64,000 bases of DNA from Carcharhinus longimanus (lineage: Eukaryota), in NCBI GenBank assembly GCA_030264375.1, contig JASCQW010000190.1, forward strand, positions 50,624,361 to 50,688,360. The letters are read 5' to 3'. The notes beneath the pieces were generated by a model. The model saw only the letters and a program-made list of their open reading frames with translations. It was not told where the DNA came from and searched no databases. Below are positions 24,499-37,900 of this stretch, in pieces. A program made the translations under genes and the position numbers. Every line of letters starts with the position of its first letter. Positions within the stretch are counted from its first letter, which is position 1.

Positions 24499-27440
24499 GT
24501 TGCCTCGGAATTTGCAAGTGAGGAAACCGTGAGCCAAAAACCGCAGAGCCCAACCACATTGTGGCTGAAGAGCAGTAAGTAGTAGGGAGATTGTTGCCTT
24601 GCCTTCAAAAAGGCAATTGAATGCTTCTAGCACATAGACAAAAGGGAGGTGGTGGACACCAGCCTCAGGATTGCAAAGGCAACAAGGTCCTGTGAAAAGT
24701 ATTGAAGGAGTGATTTTCATTCACAAAATACACAAGGGAGCCGTGTCTTTTCAAGGGTGGGTAAACTGCATAACACATGCCTCACAAGCAGCAATTCTCT
24801 GCTGGCTGTCTGGTCCACCATCTACACCCAGCAGCTGACCGGCTGCCAAGGTGTGAGTGGCTTCACTCACTCAGTCTATTTCCAGTCACCTGGAACCCTG
24901 GGGTTTCTTCATTTCCCTATGCAAGGCTGTGAGTGACACCAGGATAATGTGCGGTGAGTACATAGGAATATGCCTTTCCCTTTGCCAGTAAACAACAGAG
25001 GAAAAATACAGAATTCAGCAGTAAACTGAAGCCAAATCCCAACTGCTTCTCATTCTGCTCAAACAATCAGACAGCAGGTGCAACCTGGTAAGGTTGTCAA
25101 CACCACCAGATTAGGGCTAGGTGGAGATCGAGGTCACTGAGTGCCCTGCAAAGCAAGCAACAAAACAGAACAAAACCCTGATGAGGCTAGTTTCCTTGAC
25201 TGATTTAGCAGGCTTACTATGGACCTGTACAAACAATGTTCCAAAGTTATGTCCACCAACAAACCAAACTAGATTACAATCTCTAAGATCTGTGAAGCAT
25301 CCTGTATTAGGGAGAGGTGATCTTTGTTTTTCTCTGGTTTTACTTGTTTCAAGAGTACAGGTTTAAAATGCGAATTCTCCTGTTGAAATTTGTGCTGTCA
25401 CAGAGATTTTCAAGCTGCAGCATGAATGTCCTCCTGCCTTTTGCACCTAAAATCTGCTTTTAACTTGGGGTGTGGACGTTCATTCAGCTTGTATGGCTGC
25501 ACTGATGAGACCAGGGCCACTTCAAGCGCAGACAATCCATTCCACAAGTCTGCCACACCATCCTTGAGCCAGATGGTTAGAAAGTTTGAGAGAGTTCTCT
25601 GCTGATCAGTTTACCAACTTCACTCCCTTCCCTTGCCCACACGTTCATTGGCGGAGCTTCCCAGGATTTTTCCTTCTAAATGTTGCATGTAACTGTAGAT
25701 GTAAAAGATGTTTTCAGTCCCCTGGAGCTGCCTGTAGATCATACAAGAGGCGCTGACACCATCTTTTCGAACAAAGGCTTTACTTCCATATAATCTACCA
25801 GAGAGGAAGCATGCACCCAAGGTGTGAGTGCGATGCCCATGAGGTCCATGTTAAGACCCCTGCATGCTATGAAGCAGATGGCATTTTAACATGCTCTTCC
25901 TGTGAGCCCGGGAGATGCTTGTTTACTATAGAGAATATGGTACTGATTGCTGCTGCCTGTCCAGTGCACCCTGCTTTGCATCAGTCGACACCTGCAGAAC
26001 AAGGCTGGAGGCTGCTGCCACAGCTACATTTAAAAAAAGGTTTAAGGCCAAAGAGAATTCTGTGCATCAGTCCCAGCACACACAAGATATGTTGAGCAGC
26101 TGAATCAACCAGACTGTCTTATGGTGACCTGTTAATCATGGTGCAAGTAGTTGTATCATTCCTGTTCTAGCCGTTTGATTGGCCAAATCAATTGACTCAA
26201 TCGTACAATGTTTGCTGAATTCTGTCCTTCAAAGAGGCTTGAGGCAGATAGCTTCATTTTCTGAAGGAAATACACTTTCATTGTGGGAATAAGTCAGAGC
26301 CAAACTCGTTGGAAGCCAGGAAGTGCCACGGAAATTAGACAAATTAGTGAGCGAATCATTAGGACACATTTAGCTGAAGGTTGACATTACAGAACTGAGA
26401 CCAATTTGTCCCCTTCTTCCCCCATCCCCTGACCCCACCACTGCTCAACACAGCCTGGTTGTGCCCACAGAGGGCAGAAAATAAATGACTTATAACTTCA
26501 AACACCCCAACCTTGACTAAATCATTGGTTCTTAACATATGAATCAGTGGGACATAAGGAAGAGTATGCACATGATGGACCAGGCATGTGTACAGCTGGT
26601 CTTTTTCCAGCCAGCTTTTTTGCATGTTTGTACGTAAAGATGGGACAATTGCAACTGAACAAATTCAAGCAGCAAGGTTGGATCATGTTTCTGCTGAAAA
26701 GGATTTATTTAGATGTTATCCAAAGACTCAGCTCTGAACAGGACAATGAGCAGAAATGGGAGGCTGCACCAATGTTGGGCCCATCTGGTTTGATGGATCG
26801 AAGTGGGGAACATGAACCAGACAATGACATCTGATATCACTGCCTGTGAATTCAATACAGCAATCTATCGTTGTGCTATCACTGCCGTCCTTCCATTGCC
26901 ATCGACCATTTGCAGATTTGGCACTGCTTCAATTATTTATTTACCCATCATTATAGCACACAGGTGTTTGCGTTTTATCATTTAACATTGGTGTGGCACA
27001 GGGAAATGATACCCTAGCCTGAAAGAGTGGTGGGGGCAAATTCAACAGAAACTTTCAAAAGGAATTTGATAGTTAAAAAGGAAACATTTACAGATCAGTA
27101 GTGTGAGAGCAGGGCTGTTGGACCCATTGGATATCTCTTTGGAGGTCAAAAGAGATTTGTGCTCCATGTTCATGGAAAATAATCCAAAAACCTAATGTAA
27201 TGTGGGATTTTATATCTCGAGGACTGAAGCACGAAGGAACCACTCTCTCTTTCTTTAGATACAAAAAAGACAGTTGGGAAAAGACTAGCTGGCCCTCAAG
27301 CCTGCTCTACGCATGATACCTGGACTCTTCCCTATGCCCCACAGCTACAGATGCTAAAAGCTAATAATTAGTGGGCTGTTTGAACCCAGTGTTAATTTCT
27401 CCCCCCTAGAAAAATGTCTGGGTTGTGTTGAGTATAGATA

Positions 27441-27790
27441 GGCACAGTAAGAAGTTCCACAACATCAGGTTAAAATCCAACAGGTTTATTTGCTCCTTCA
27501 CCAGATGAGCGGAGAGCTGGGTTCACAAATACGGCATATATAGGCAGAGACACAATTGCAAAATAATGGTTGGAATGCGGATCTTTATAGATAATCAAGT
27601 CTTTGCAGGTACAGAGAATGCGAGTGGAGAGAGGCATAATCACAGGTTAAAGAGGTGTGAATTGTCTCAAAGCAGGACAGTTAGTAGGATTTTGCAAGCC
27701 CAAAGTTTGTGATTCCAAATAAACCTGTTGGAATTTAACCTGATATTGTGAGACTTCTTACTGTGCCCACCCCAGTCAAACGCCAGCACA
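27441..27790. mobile_element. Penelope-like element remnant with inverted pseudo-LTR ends
   Basis: ~50-bp inverted repeats (GGCACAGTAAGAAGTT...CAACAGGTTTATTTG / CAAATAAACCTGTTGG...CTTCTTACTGTGCC) plus a one-sided 3' extension (CACCCCAGTCAAACGCCAGCA). Same family as 41741 and 50029. Confidence 0.75.
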
Positions 27791-27819
27791 TTGAGGATTG
27801 GTGGGGGATGGGGAAATTG

Positions 27820-28370
27820 ATCCCATGAAGTCTGTTGCATTTATGCAATGCTTTGGTTAGGCCACACATGGAGTATTATGGGCAGTTCTAGGCATCATGT
27901 CTTTGGAGAAAATATTGTCCTTTAAAGGAGTACTGCCTAAATTTACAAGACTGATATGTGGACTCAGGGTTAAATTACAAACTAGGAATTTATTCTACTA
28001 GTGTTTTATTCCCTGAACTTGGACAGATTATGTATGTTTTCAAGGTACTAAATGGAGCAATGGAAACTATTTCTGCTGTTAGGGAGGTCTGGGATAAATT
28101 AATATAGTCTAAAATTTAGAGTTGGACTTTTCATAAGTGAAGTTAGGAAACACTTCTACACATGAATGGTGGTAAAGGTTTGAAAAATTCTTCGGGAATA
28201 GGAATTGATTAATTTTAAATCTGTGATTGGTAAACTTTTGTTAAGTTATTAAGGGACATAGGCCAAAGACAGGTAAATGGAGCTTGATCACAGATTAGCC
28301 ATGATCTCATTGAATAATTGAACAGGCTCAATGGGCTAAACGGCCCATTCCTGTTCCTGTGTTCCATTAA
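27820..28370 (+). mobile_element. Decayed CR1 LINE 3' fragment
   Basis: TTGGTTAGGCCACACATGGAGTAT (LVRPHMEY) and a 3' tail GAACAGGCTCAATGGGCTAAACGGCC...CCTGTTCCTGTGTTCC. Confidence 0.8.
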
Positions 28371-29779
28371 ACAGCTGGCACAGGCACATTGCCTGAATGG
28401 CCTCCTTCCATGCTATACGAATCTCTGATATCACAAAACCTTGAGTAATGTATCATCACTCAATTCAATGATTCTGATCTATTTGAATTCTATTTAAATT
28501 TTCAGGCTTTATTCTGAAATGACTCATTTGGATGGTTACCTCTGGCATCCAACACAGTCACAAACAGTTTTTGTTCACTTGATTTTGGCGATGGGCAGTC
28601 CCTTTTAGATTAGAGATTCCCATTGGGTTCCTCCACTGCACTGGCTTCACACTCTCACATGCAATAACTAAAATAGAATTGCTTCACTTGAGAACTATTT
28701 CAGAATTCAAAGCTCATCCTGTTTGTTGGAAATCTTATTGGCATAGTTGTCAAATTGGTGGTATGTCACTTTCTCTTTGTGTCACTTTTCCTCTTAGTTT
28801 TTTCTCTTGTATCCCTCAGTCTTTCACTGAGCTGTTTATTTCCTTTCTGTCTGTCCTTCCCACTGTTTCCGAAAGAGTGAATCGCCAGCCTGCTCCCAGG
28901 CTTCTGGCAATGCTGTGCTCTTCCAATCATCCTTGCCCCAATTGTGTGTGGCTTCATTTGCCAACTTGCCTTTTGATTTTGCCATCACCTGCGTACCTGC
29001 CCCAATGTCAGCCCAGTTACTGTGAGACTTCCTGATACCATAGCATTCTAGTTTACTGTCGTTGCAGTTTACTGGGAATACCTACCACTTAGGAACTCAC
29101 TGGTAAGCTATTTCCACTGATATCTCAAATTTCAGCAAAGTTCAGGAATTACTTTTGAAAGTCACGCATACAAATACTACTGCTTACACAGGACATATCT
29201 TGAATGCCAGGTGTGTCCAGCTCTTATTCGCTTCTAATGCCACTGTGCATCTGGCTACCTGAAGATGTGGGTATACTTGATTTGCCTTGGATTTTCCATC
29301 TGTGCCTGTAAGCATCAGTGTGAGCTTCCAGTCAGTTGGATAGCTGAGATTATATGGGAGTAACTCGCAGCCGCAGCTCCATGCAGAGTACAGGAAATCA
29401 ACGTTACATTATAATCCGAAAGGCTTAGCAGGCTATCCCTGAAGCAGTAGTGGTTGCCTTGTAGAAGATTGACAAGGCTTTGAAAGCAGGTGCATAACCC
29501 ACTGTGACTCACTCTCTGGGGACAAGCAAGGCAACAATTGGCTCAGGTGTGCAATATTGGCTCAGGTGAATGTTAGCTGTAATTAGCTAAGGAGTGATTG
29601 TATAATACAGTGCAACGGGGACAACATTTTCCCCTCGTTTAACATTATCTACAATTGTGGAGTTGCATTCTGTTGTTTGAAACAGATTCTGCAGCACATT
29701 AATTAGTCTTGTTTGTTACAGTTGCACCAGCCACTTCAACCTAACTGAAAGTACAACTAGTCAGAGAGATTATGTAGCA

Positions 29780-30050
29780 GGGATCTGGGTGGGAGCTCAG
29801 AGTGCCAGGATTTGGCGGGTGGGTTGGGGGGGTGGAGTGGGAGTGAGGAGTGGGTGGTTGTTGTCATGGGAGCAGAGTGCTAGGGAGATGGGGTTATTCA
29901 TAGGTGCAGGGTTTCAGGAGGGAGCAGCGGTGATATCAAGTGAGGGGAATCATGGGTGCTGGGTGGAGTTCATGGACCTAGGGTGCTGGGAGCAGTGCTG
30001 ATGGGATGGCTCATGGTGACAAGATAGAGAGATTATGGGGTCAGTAGAAG
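29780..30050 (+). repeat. G-rich low-complexity / degenerate tandem region
   Basis: Recurring GGGAGCAG(A)GTGC words and G-runs. Confidence 0.5.
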
Positions 30051-30214
30051 CTTGCAGTTTAAGGAAAGACCAGGACAATGACAAGCTGAGTCTTCAGTAA
30101 AACTACAGTCTTGAAGAAAGTGGCATTTCCTATTTATATAGCATCAGGAGAATGTTTACTTTTTCAGTGCACTCAACATCTTGTTTACTTCATAAATGCC
30201 ACTCATCTTTAACC

Positions 30215-30400
30215 CATGGGCAGACATCATGCAGATGAAATTTAATGCAGAGGAGTGTAGGAAGAATAGGAGAGGTAATATCAAGGGTACAATGCTAAAA
30301 TTTTATGGGACAGGGCGGAGGAGTGGGACCAGCTAAATTGTTGTTGCAGAGAGCTAGCACGAACTCAAAAGGATGACTAGCCACCCTCTGTGCTTGTGAT
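30215..30400 (+). mobile_element. Short decayed CR1 fragment
   Basis: TGGGCAGAC...GCAGATGAAATTTAATGCAGAGGAGTG (WAD..QMKFNAEEC) followed by a tail-like sequence. Confidence 0.55.
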
Positions 30401-32149
30401 TCTTGTGGTGGTTGGGTTGTGCACATCAGCTGACCAAAACTGTAGAAAAACCATAGACCTTTATCTTTAGTCGTTAGTGTCAGATCCAATAGGGTTTCCT
30501 CTCTTATTGGAAGAGAACAGCCAAGGAAAATGATACAGCATTTAACAATAGAGATAGTCATTGGCTTCACTGGAAATTAGATCTAGCAGATATGTATAAT
30601 GGTGGCTGAATTGATATTGTCTGTTGTACTATCAATCAAAGTTAAAATTAACCCCAGGAAGATATTAGTTTGGAAAGGATAGGATGACTAGTTTTATCTC
30701 TCCCTATTTTCCCATGTTTAGAAAAGGCCGATTAAAACCTGATTATATCTTGTCAGTGCATTAATGACTCTATATTTAGAGAATGTAAAAACATGCTGCG
30801 AGTTCTTTTCTACATAACATCTTGCAGTAGGTGAACCTGTGGTGTGGTGGATTGAAGGTAGGTTTGTGTGCCTTCATACTGCAGATAATGGATCATTGAC
30901 CCAAATTTCTTAACAGAACAATTGGAGTTGCTGTGGTCTGATCTTTGATATTCAGTGTCGTGGTCATCAGAAAGAGCGGATAAATTGGCTGCATTTACAA
31001 ATCCAGCAGCATTAAGTAGTTATAAGTAGCTCTTGGCAGGGATTCTTTCCCCTCCAGTGCCCATCCCCGCCCAACCTAGTTGTTGAGTAGTTTCAGAATT
31101 ATGCGCATGGCTGGCCATCAATATAAAAATAGCACAGCATACCAGTGATGATGATTACTGTCTCTGCTTCGCTCAAGGGATGGGCTTCTGAACAAAAGGC
31201 AAAATAACTCTCAAGGCTTGGATCTCCACTCTCCCGGATTGTATCAGCGAGGAATGAGTAAATGTAGTGATGTGGGCTGAGTTTGTGACATCAGTTATGT
31301 CCCTTGCCTTTGCTTTGAAAGACATTAGGGAATGGCAGGTTACTGCCTATAGCCTTTCAAAGGGCTGTGAATGGCAATTGATGTTAGCACTAGAATCATT
31401 AACAGCAATTTGATCAGCAACAATTTGTAAAATTAAATACGAGTAATACTTTGAAGATACTTTACTCCTGGCTGCAGTATAGGGCACTGAATGATGAGGA
31501 CAACCGTGCATCAGGGATCCTTGAACTTGGATTTAAGGGAATGGGACCATAAGTCTGTTTTGGGAAATAGCAAGGGTGGGAAGGAGTGAATAATTTGATG
31601 TAAACAACAGTGTTCCAAGCAGGGCTTCTGTGGTAAAGATGTCCTAATAGATGTTGTGCCAAAGTAGTGGGGGTTGGGAATATGAGAGCAAACTAAGGGA
31701 TAGTTTAAAAAAAGTGAGGGTTCGCCCATTAATATCCACTTTTATATGGCAGGAACTCAGATGGACGCATTTTCAGTTCTGCCAAAAGTAGTGTCCAGAT
31801 TAAATTACATTCACCATTAATTGAACAGGTTGGTGGGGTCTGTAATGGAAAGGGTTCTAAACATCATGCATTGGAATCAGACTCAGTAGAGGTAAAGGGG
31901 GGCTTATTATGCTTATTCTCTATTCATTAACAAATCTTTCCTTGTCCACATCTTACAAACATCTTTAGGATCATCTTTTACAGCACTTGAACTGAGCAAA
32001 TCTGACCCTTTACATCCTGTTATTCTCCAGCTTCCTTTCTCCCTTCCTTTCTGCAGTGAGAGTGTTCCAATTACAAAAGGCTCTAAAGAGCCCAGTGTTT
32101 CCTCTAGATGGGACCATTCCCTTATGTTTATTCTATTTTTTATGAGGCC

Positions 32150-32692
32150 ACCTAATGAACACTTGTTAGGCTACAACTGGGGTACTGCATGCAATTCTCG
32201 TCATCGCGTAAGGTGAAGGATGTGATTGTACTGCAGAGGGTACAGAGGAAATTTACCAGGATGCTGCCTCGGCTGGAGGGTCTGAGCTATGAGGGAAGAT
32301 TGGGAAGGCTGAGGCTGTTTTCCTTTGAGCAGTGAAGATTGAGAGGGGACCTGATAGTGGGGTACGATATTATGGGGGGCATCAAGAGGCTGGATGGGAA
32401 GGCACTTTTTTCATTAGCAGAGGTGTCAATAACCAGGGGCATAGATTTAAGGTAAGAGGTAGAAGGCTAAGAGAGGAATTGGTGGTGGAAGTCTGGAACT
32501 CACTGTTGAAAAGGTGGTTGAGTCAGAAACTCTTGTAACATTTAAGAAGTATTTACACATTCACTTGCAGTGCCATATCTTCCAGGACTTTGGGCCACCT
32601 GCTGGAAAATGTGATTAGTGTAGTCAGATCTTCGTTGACCAGTGTAGACAAGATGGGCCGAATGGCCTCTTTCTGTGTTGTAAACATCTATA
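32150..32692 (+). mobile_element. CR1 LINE 3' fragment
   Basis: RVQRKFTRMLPRLEGLSYEGRLGRLRLFSFEQ*RLRGDL, then a GATGGGCCGAATGGCCTCTT tail. Confidence 0.85.
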
Positions 32693-32874
32693 AATTGATG
32701 ATTCTCTGCTGACCCCATTCTGATTTAATTTTTCAGGGGAGAACACAGTTAGATTCCTCTCTTGGGTTAGGGAGCTCACTAATGAGGTTGGCTAGAAATC
32801 GTCGCTGCAATGCAGCGATACAGACAATGATGAACATAGAAATACAAACTGACCCATTCAGTTTGACCCACACA

Positions 32875-33212
32875 GTAGCAGAGATGGTGGTAATGGCACT
32901 GGGCTAGTCATCCTGAGGCCCAGGCTAATGCTCTGGTAGTTGGTACTATGTCTGCTGCTGGAATTTATATTCAGTTAATTTGGAATTGAAAGCTGGTTTC
33001 GTTAGCTTTTCATCATTACCATCAATTATCATAAAACCCACTAATGTCCTTTTGGAGAGGAAATCTTGTCTAAATGTCACGCCAGGTCCACAGCAATGTG
33101 TGTGGTTGATTTTTATCTGCCTTCTGAACTTGCCAAGCCACTCAGTTCAGAGGCATTTAGGGATGAGAAACAAATGCTGGCTGAGCTTCTCATGAAAGAA
33201 TAAAGAAAAAAA
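32875..33212 (+). mobile_element. tRNA-derived SINE with a 3' tail shared with the LINE at 46546-47220
   Basis: Head GTGGTAATGGCACTGGGCTAGTCATCCTGAGGCCCAGGCTAATGCTCTGG. The tail GGCATTTAGGGATGAGAAACAAATGCTGGCTGAGC resembles the LINE 3' end. A-rich terminus. Confidence 0.6.
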
Positions 33213-35659
33213 ATGCCTTGTGCAATAATATAGACGTCCCCCCCTCATCAGAAACACAAGATCACCTGACAGTGGTTAAAAACAGATGAAAATCTAGGCC
33301 AACTGGACAGTGGAGGAAGGTATGGAAAATCTCTGCCTGGACTCCTTAAGGTGGTTAATAGTATCTACAGCAGTTTCAAGTGAGGAGTCAGATTTTGACT
33401 CAGAATAATTCATCTATCTTCACTGGATTGGCCAATTCTGTTCATGTGGAGCTGCCAATCCATTGCCTGTAACAGCCTATTTTTGTGATTATTTTTGATG
33501 CTTCCCCCAGTAAAAAAAAACCATGTTGAAGGCTGATGTTAGCAATCGGCGTTGTAAAGGTGATTATGATGTTACCCCTTTCTTTCATTATGGCCTAATT
33601 TACATGTTCCTACCACACACTATTTCCGGCAGAAATTGTATGTGGTGCAAGAATCATGTGGGCATCAACTCTACGGGTCTCAGCTCACTCCTTAACTGCC
33701 GCTAAAGAGAGGAAGGTGCTGCCTTGAGTCTCTGGCTAATAGGTTTTAATAACTAATAGGTTTTATCTCCCTCCAGCACTGGTAAGCAGCGGAGGAGCTC
33801 AAGTCTTCCATATGATCAACTCCTAATGAAAATGATGTTGCCTGTGCAAACAAGCCGGGAAGAATGAGATGATTATATTTGAAGGAATTATCATGACCTC
33901 CATTTGTAGCAATTACTCTTTATTTATCTGATAGCCATGATGGGCAGAGCCTGTGATGCTGGAGCTAACAACAAGGGGTAATATATGGAAACCAACTGAG
34001 CAATAAGGGCAGGCCCCAGCACGAAAACGATCGCTTTCTGCAATCTGTGTGTATTTAAACGTTTATTATAGTTTTCGCTTCAGATTCCTGCCACAAAGCA
34101 GTGACACATTGTTGTTAATAATTCATTTGCATCCCTGGAGGAGACTCTCCAAAGAAAGAGTTTGCAGTCTTGTTGCTAGGGTGTTGCTAAGGGGTTGCCT
34201 AGGCAGGTTGTGAGGTTGAACATGGTAGAGCTCGTTGCTGAGGGCTCTGATGGATGTCTTGTGATAGCGGGAAGAGAGCAACAGAATTAGCTCCAAATGC
34301 AGATACGCTCTTTCATTCTGTCCTCTGGGAGAAAGAAAATTAAAAATAATATTCACAGCTATTGTACATTACTTCATTGGGGATATGTCCTGCATTTTGC
34401 CTTTCCCTGGATTTAGCAATCAAGTCTAATATTTCTTACTTGTGTTGGATAAATGTGCAAAGTGCTATTTGCATTAGTGGGGTAAACAGGAAATAGATTT
34501 GTGTGCAGGAAGGAATTATTCTTCCTCTGCTGGCTCAAGTGGGGCTGCTTCATTTTCCATTTGCCATAACTCCTCAATGCCTTTGTATTTTACTATATGA
34601 GGTGTCCACATGTGGGCATATTTCCAAGTCGATTCTACCCAGGGGTCCGCTCGACCCAAATGCAAAACGATGAATCTCTAACCACACCATCTGCCGCGGA
34701 GTGCCACACTGATCAAGACCTGATCATGGAGGTGAGGGAATTCCAACAAAGGAGAATGTTAAATCAAGGGTGTTAAATCATCCATCTCCCAGCACCCAAC
34801 TGATCATCAAAACCACCACCACCTACACAAGTGATATAACCCGACAAAGCAACCTTCACCACCAAATACTGGTGAGGAATTGGGAAGAGACTTCTTTAGG
34901 TCATTTTCCTGCTTCTTTTAATACCTGTTCAATTTAACACCTGGTCAATTCTGACCAGCATCAAACATTCCTAACCTCCCATCACATTTAAAACAAAGTG
35001 AAACTTTATGGTGGCTCTTCAATGTAGGCTGGCCATGGTCAATAGGAGTGGGCCAGTCTGCTGCCTTGAAATGGCTGTTATTATTAAGGTCTGGCAGGGA
35101 CAGAAGATGAGCCTGGCAGTGACAGAAGCCCGAAGAAGACGCATGGTCCAATTTTCCTTGGGGCTGAAGAACATTTGGGGATCTGTCTGCAGCCCACCAG
35201 TCCGTTAAACACAAGCATGTGGATAAATCAACTTGGCAGGTTGAAAGCAGATCATACCAGGCTGCTCTTTGCTTAATTTAAGCCGATTGAGCATTTTATT
35301 TCCAGTATTTTGATGAGTTTTATCATATTTGGCTGGGGGCCCTAATGAACATGTCTCATGGGCTCAAGAGTTAAACTGCCCATTCTCCACTAACTCCCAA
35401 TACAAAGCTGCCATCAGTGATAGACAATTCTTTGTGTGTCCCATGAGCTGCTGCACACATTCATGTCATGTCCTAAGCTTGCTGAGAACACCATCCGCAG
35501 CCTCAGCTATTTAAGTGAAGCCATAATTTGAGTGAGAAACCATTCCATATGTGAATCTTTTTCCTGTGTTTCCTGTTGGTACAAGTGTGTGATGTTCAAA
35601 AAGCTAGTGCCAACAGCAGTGTGAGTGGGCTGGCACTGTGTAGGTTGCTGTGTGTCCCT

Positions 35660-35825
35660 CCCAAAAATTCTCCACGTCTCCACTCCCTCTCCACCTCTAG
35701 AAAAAGCTGAAAAGCTATCTCTTTAACCCAGATTTCTTTCCCTGTCATTTTTGGTTCAACATCAATTTTTGCGATCGTTGTGAAGTGCTTTGGGATATTT
35801 ACTTTCTTTGTTAGTGACGCCCTCT
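35660..35825 (+). mobile_element. L2 LINE 3' end relic
   Basis: CTGAAAAGCTATCTCTTT (LKxYLF) followed by TGTGAAGTGCTTTGGGAT, typical of L2 3' UTRs. Confidence 0.5.
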
Positions 35826-37249
35826 TAACACAACTTACGTTCATCCTGATTTGTGGCTGCGATCAGTGGTCCAAATTCCATGATTCTTGGTACCTTTTTG
35901 TTAGTATTTCCTGGTTCACCAAAGATATAATGGTCGAACCAAGTAATAACTTCAACCTTCTACCTTGGCAATCATGCTTTAGCTGGAAGATCGATAAAGG
36001 GTATTCTTTTTGAAATTTCTGCTCTGATTTTTCACTGTCAAATGCTTGTTGTATCCACTGGAAGGGGTTCCATTCTGTTGTGTTTGTAATTCCTCGCCAC
36101 GCAACTGATGGATGGACTGCAGAGTTCCTAACTGAAAGCAGCTTGCTCAGTGCTCACAGTGTTAAATAACAACCAAGATAGAGGGAGATAAGCAGAAAAA
36201 GTGCTTGCATTGTATTACAGATAATATTGATATTGGTGTTACCCTCTGGAGAATCCAGTCTTAGTAAATAAAATGAGATCAGCTGCATGGCCATTGTGAG
36301 TGGTGACTGCGCATTGCTGTTATATTTGATAGCTTTTCCGCCACCTAATTATATATCATTATAGTATTGCGTGTAGGGTACATATTAACTGAGCATCATT
36401 TACATGCCGACACCAAGCAGCAAGCCCGCTGATTACAGGCCCAAAATTACCATTGCACACTGTACTTTTGCAATGAGGGGGGCTTTCGGGCTGCTTACCG
36501 GGCCAGGATTCTGTCGATGCAGACAAAACTGGGATACACTCACTGATCTTTAGCTGCAAACTGCTGCTGAATTAGCAACCAAAGCCAGACGACTTGAGTC
36601 TTTTTTGACAGTTTAAATGCCGCAGATTTAGTTCATTTGGAACAAACAAATTTACCCCATCTCACTTATTCAAATATGAATGTAGCTACTGCAAGAAATT
36701 TAAGAGATCCAAATAAAAATGATGAACCCCACCCCAGTCTATGTTCCTTCGTCAGTATTCAAATCTCTTTTTTTACAGAATTTTAATGGACACCTCTTCT
36801 TTGCAGCGAACAGCAGATCAAATGTTTTTGTTTGAAAATCTGACACATCCATTCAGATCTATGTCACATGAAGGTTATCTATGTATGTTGCACTTCAAAC
36901 ATGTATGATCATCTGTGCAGTGCCCCAAAGATTCACTGGTTAAATAGTGACGTAAGTCCTTCAGCTTTTGTTGTCTCAGTGTCACGCCCATCTCTCCCAC
37001 TGTTCCCTGTTTAAATATGTTCAGTCCTTTTTAGGTCCATCCAGAAATAGTGAAGCGATGCTAAGCACAGGCACAGAAGGTACCTTCTGTGAAGGTAGTT
37101 TATTATTCCTTCTGGTGCTTGTCCTCCCCACAGAATCTGATACAGTTCACCATGCTGCCCTGCTCTACCATTGTCCAGTTGTATAGGATCCTCCTTACAA
37201 ATAGGCCTACCTGTCTAAACAAAACCTGTTCATCTACAATGGCTTCATT

Positions 37250-37900
37250 CTCCCACTGTCACCCCTGGAGTCTCTCAAGGATTTAGGCTTCTGACCCATT
37301 GCTTCCCATTGGTGACATATACACACATAGGGTCAGCTTTCTTATGTATGCTGACAATAAGCATGTCCAAATGTGGAACAATTCCCCTATTCCTCCATGA
37401 CCACTTCTAGGCAGAGCATCTTTCAGCTGCTCAATATTAGCAGTTTTAGTTGTAAATGGACACTCTTTACCAGTAATGTAACCCCCCTCCCATGTTTAGA
37501 TTGCCTGTCTATCACGATTGCAGCTTCAATTTAATATTTGATAGAATTGAGCTTCATTGCCTGATCCTCTGTGTCATCAAGTTAGTGGCATAGCCTGACT
37601 GTCCCTTAGCTCTAACCCTGCTGAATACCATTACTTCCAGGACTTCTTGGTGGCCTTTCATTGTTCACCTTTCATAAACACAACTGCCCATGTCCTGTCC
37701 CACACTGCCCACTATCCCATCAAGTCCACATTCCCCATTATCACTGATCTACGCGCCTAGCTTAGATACATCCATCATCTCGCTGATCCCATCTCTTCAA
37801 CCACCTCCCCAAGGCCCATCTTTTCCACCTAGGCTTCAATATCTTCTTTTCAACTCTTCTCATTAGCTTGATGCCTGTTCCTCCTCTTCTGTAAAGCATT
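37250..37900 (+). mobile_element. Decayed L2 RT fragment
   Basis: GGAGTCTCTCAAGGA (GVxQG) and TATGCTGACAAT (YADN, a decayed YADD). Pyrimidine-rich downstream. Confidence 0.55.

Noticed and set aside
34640-34900. Possible RTE endonuclease relic (ECHTDQDLI resembling DCxTDHxLV)
   Set aside because: Too short and degenerate to support without an HMM search.
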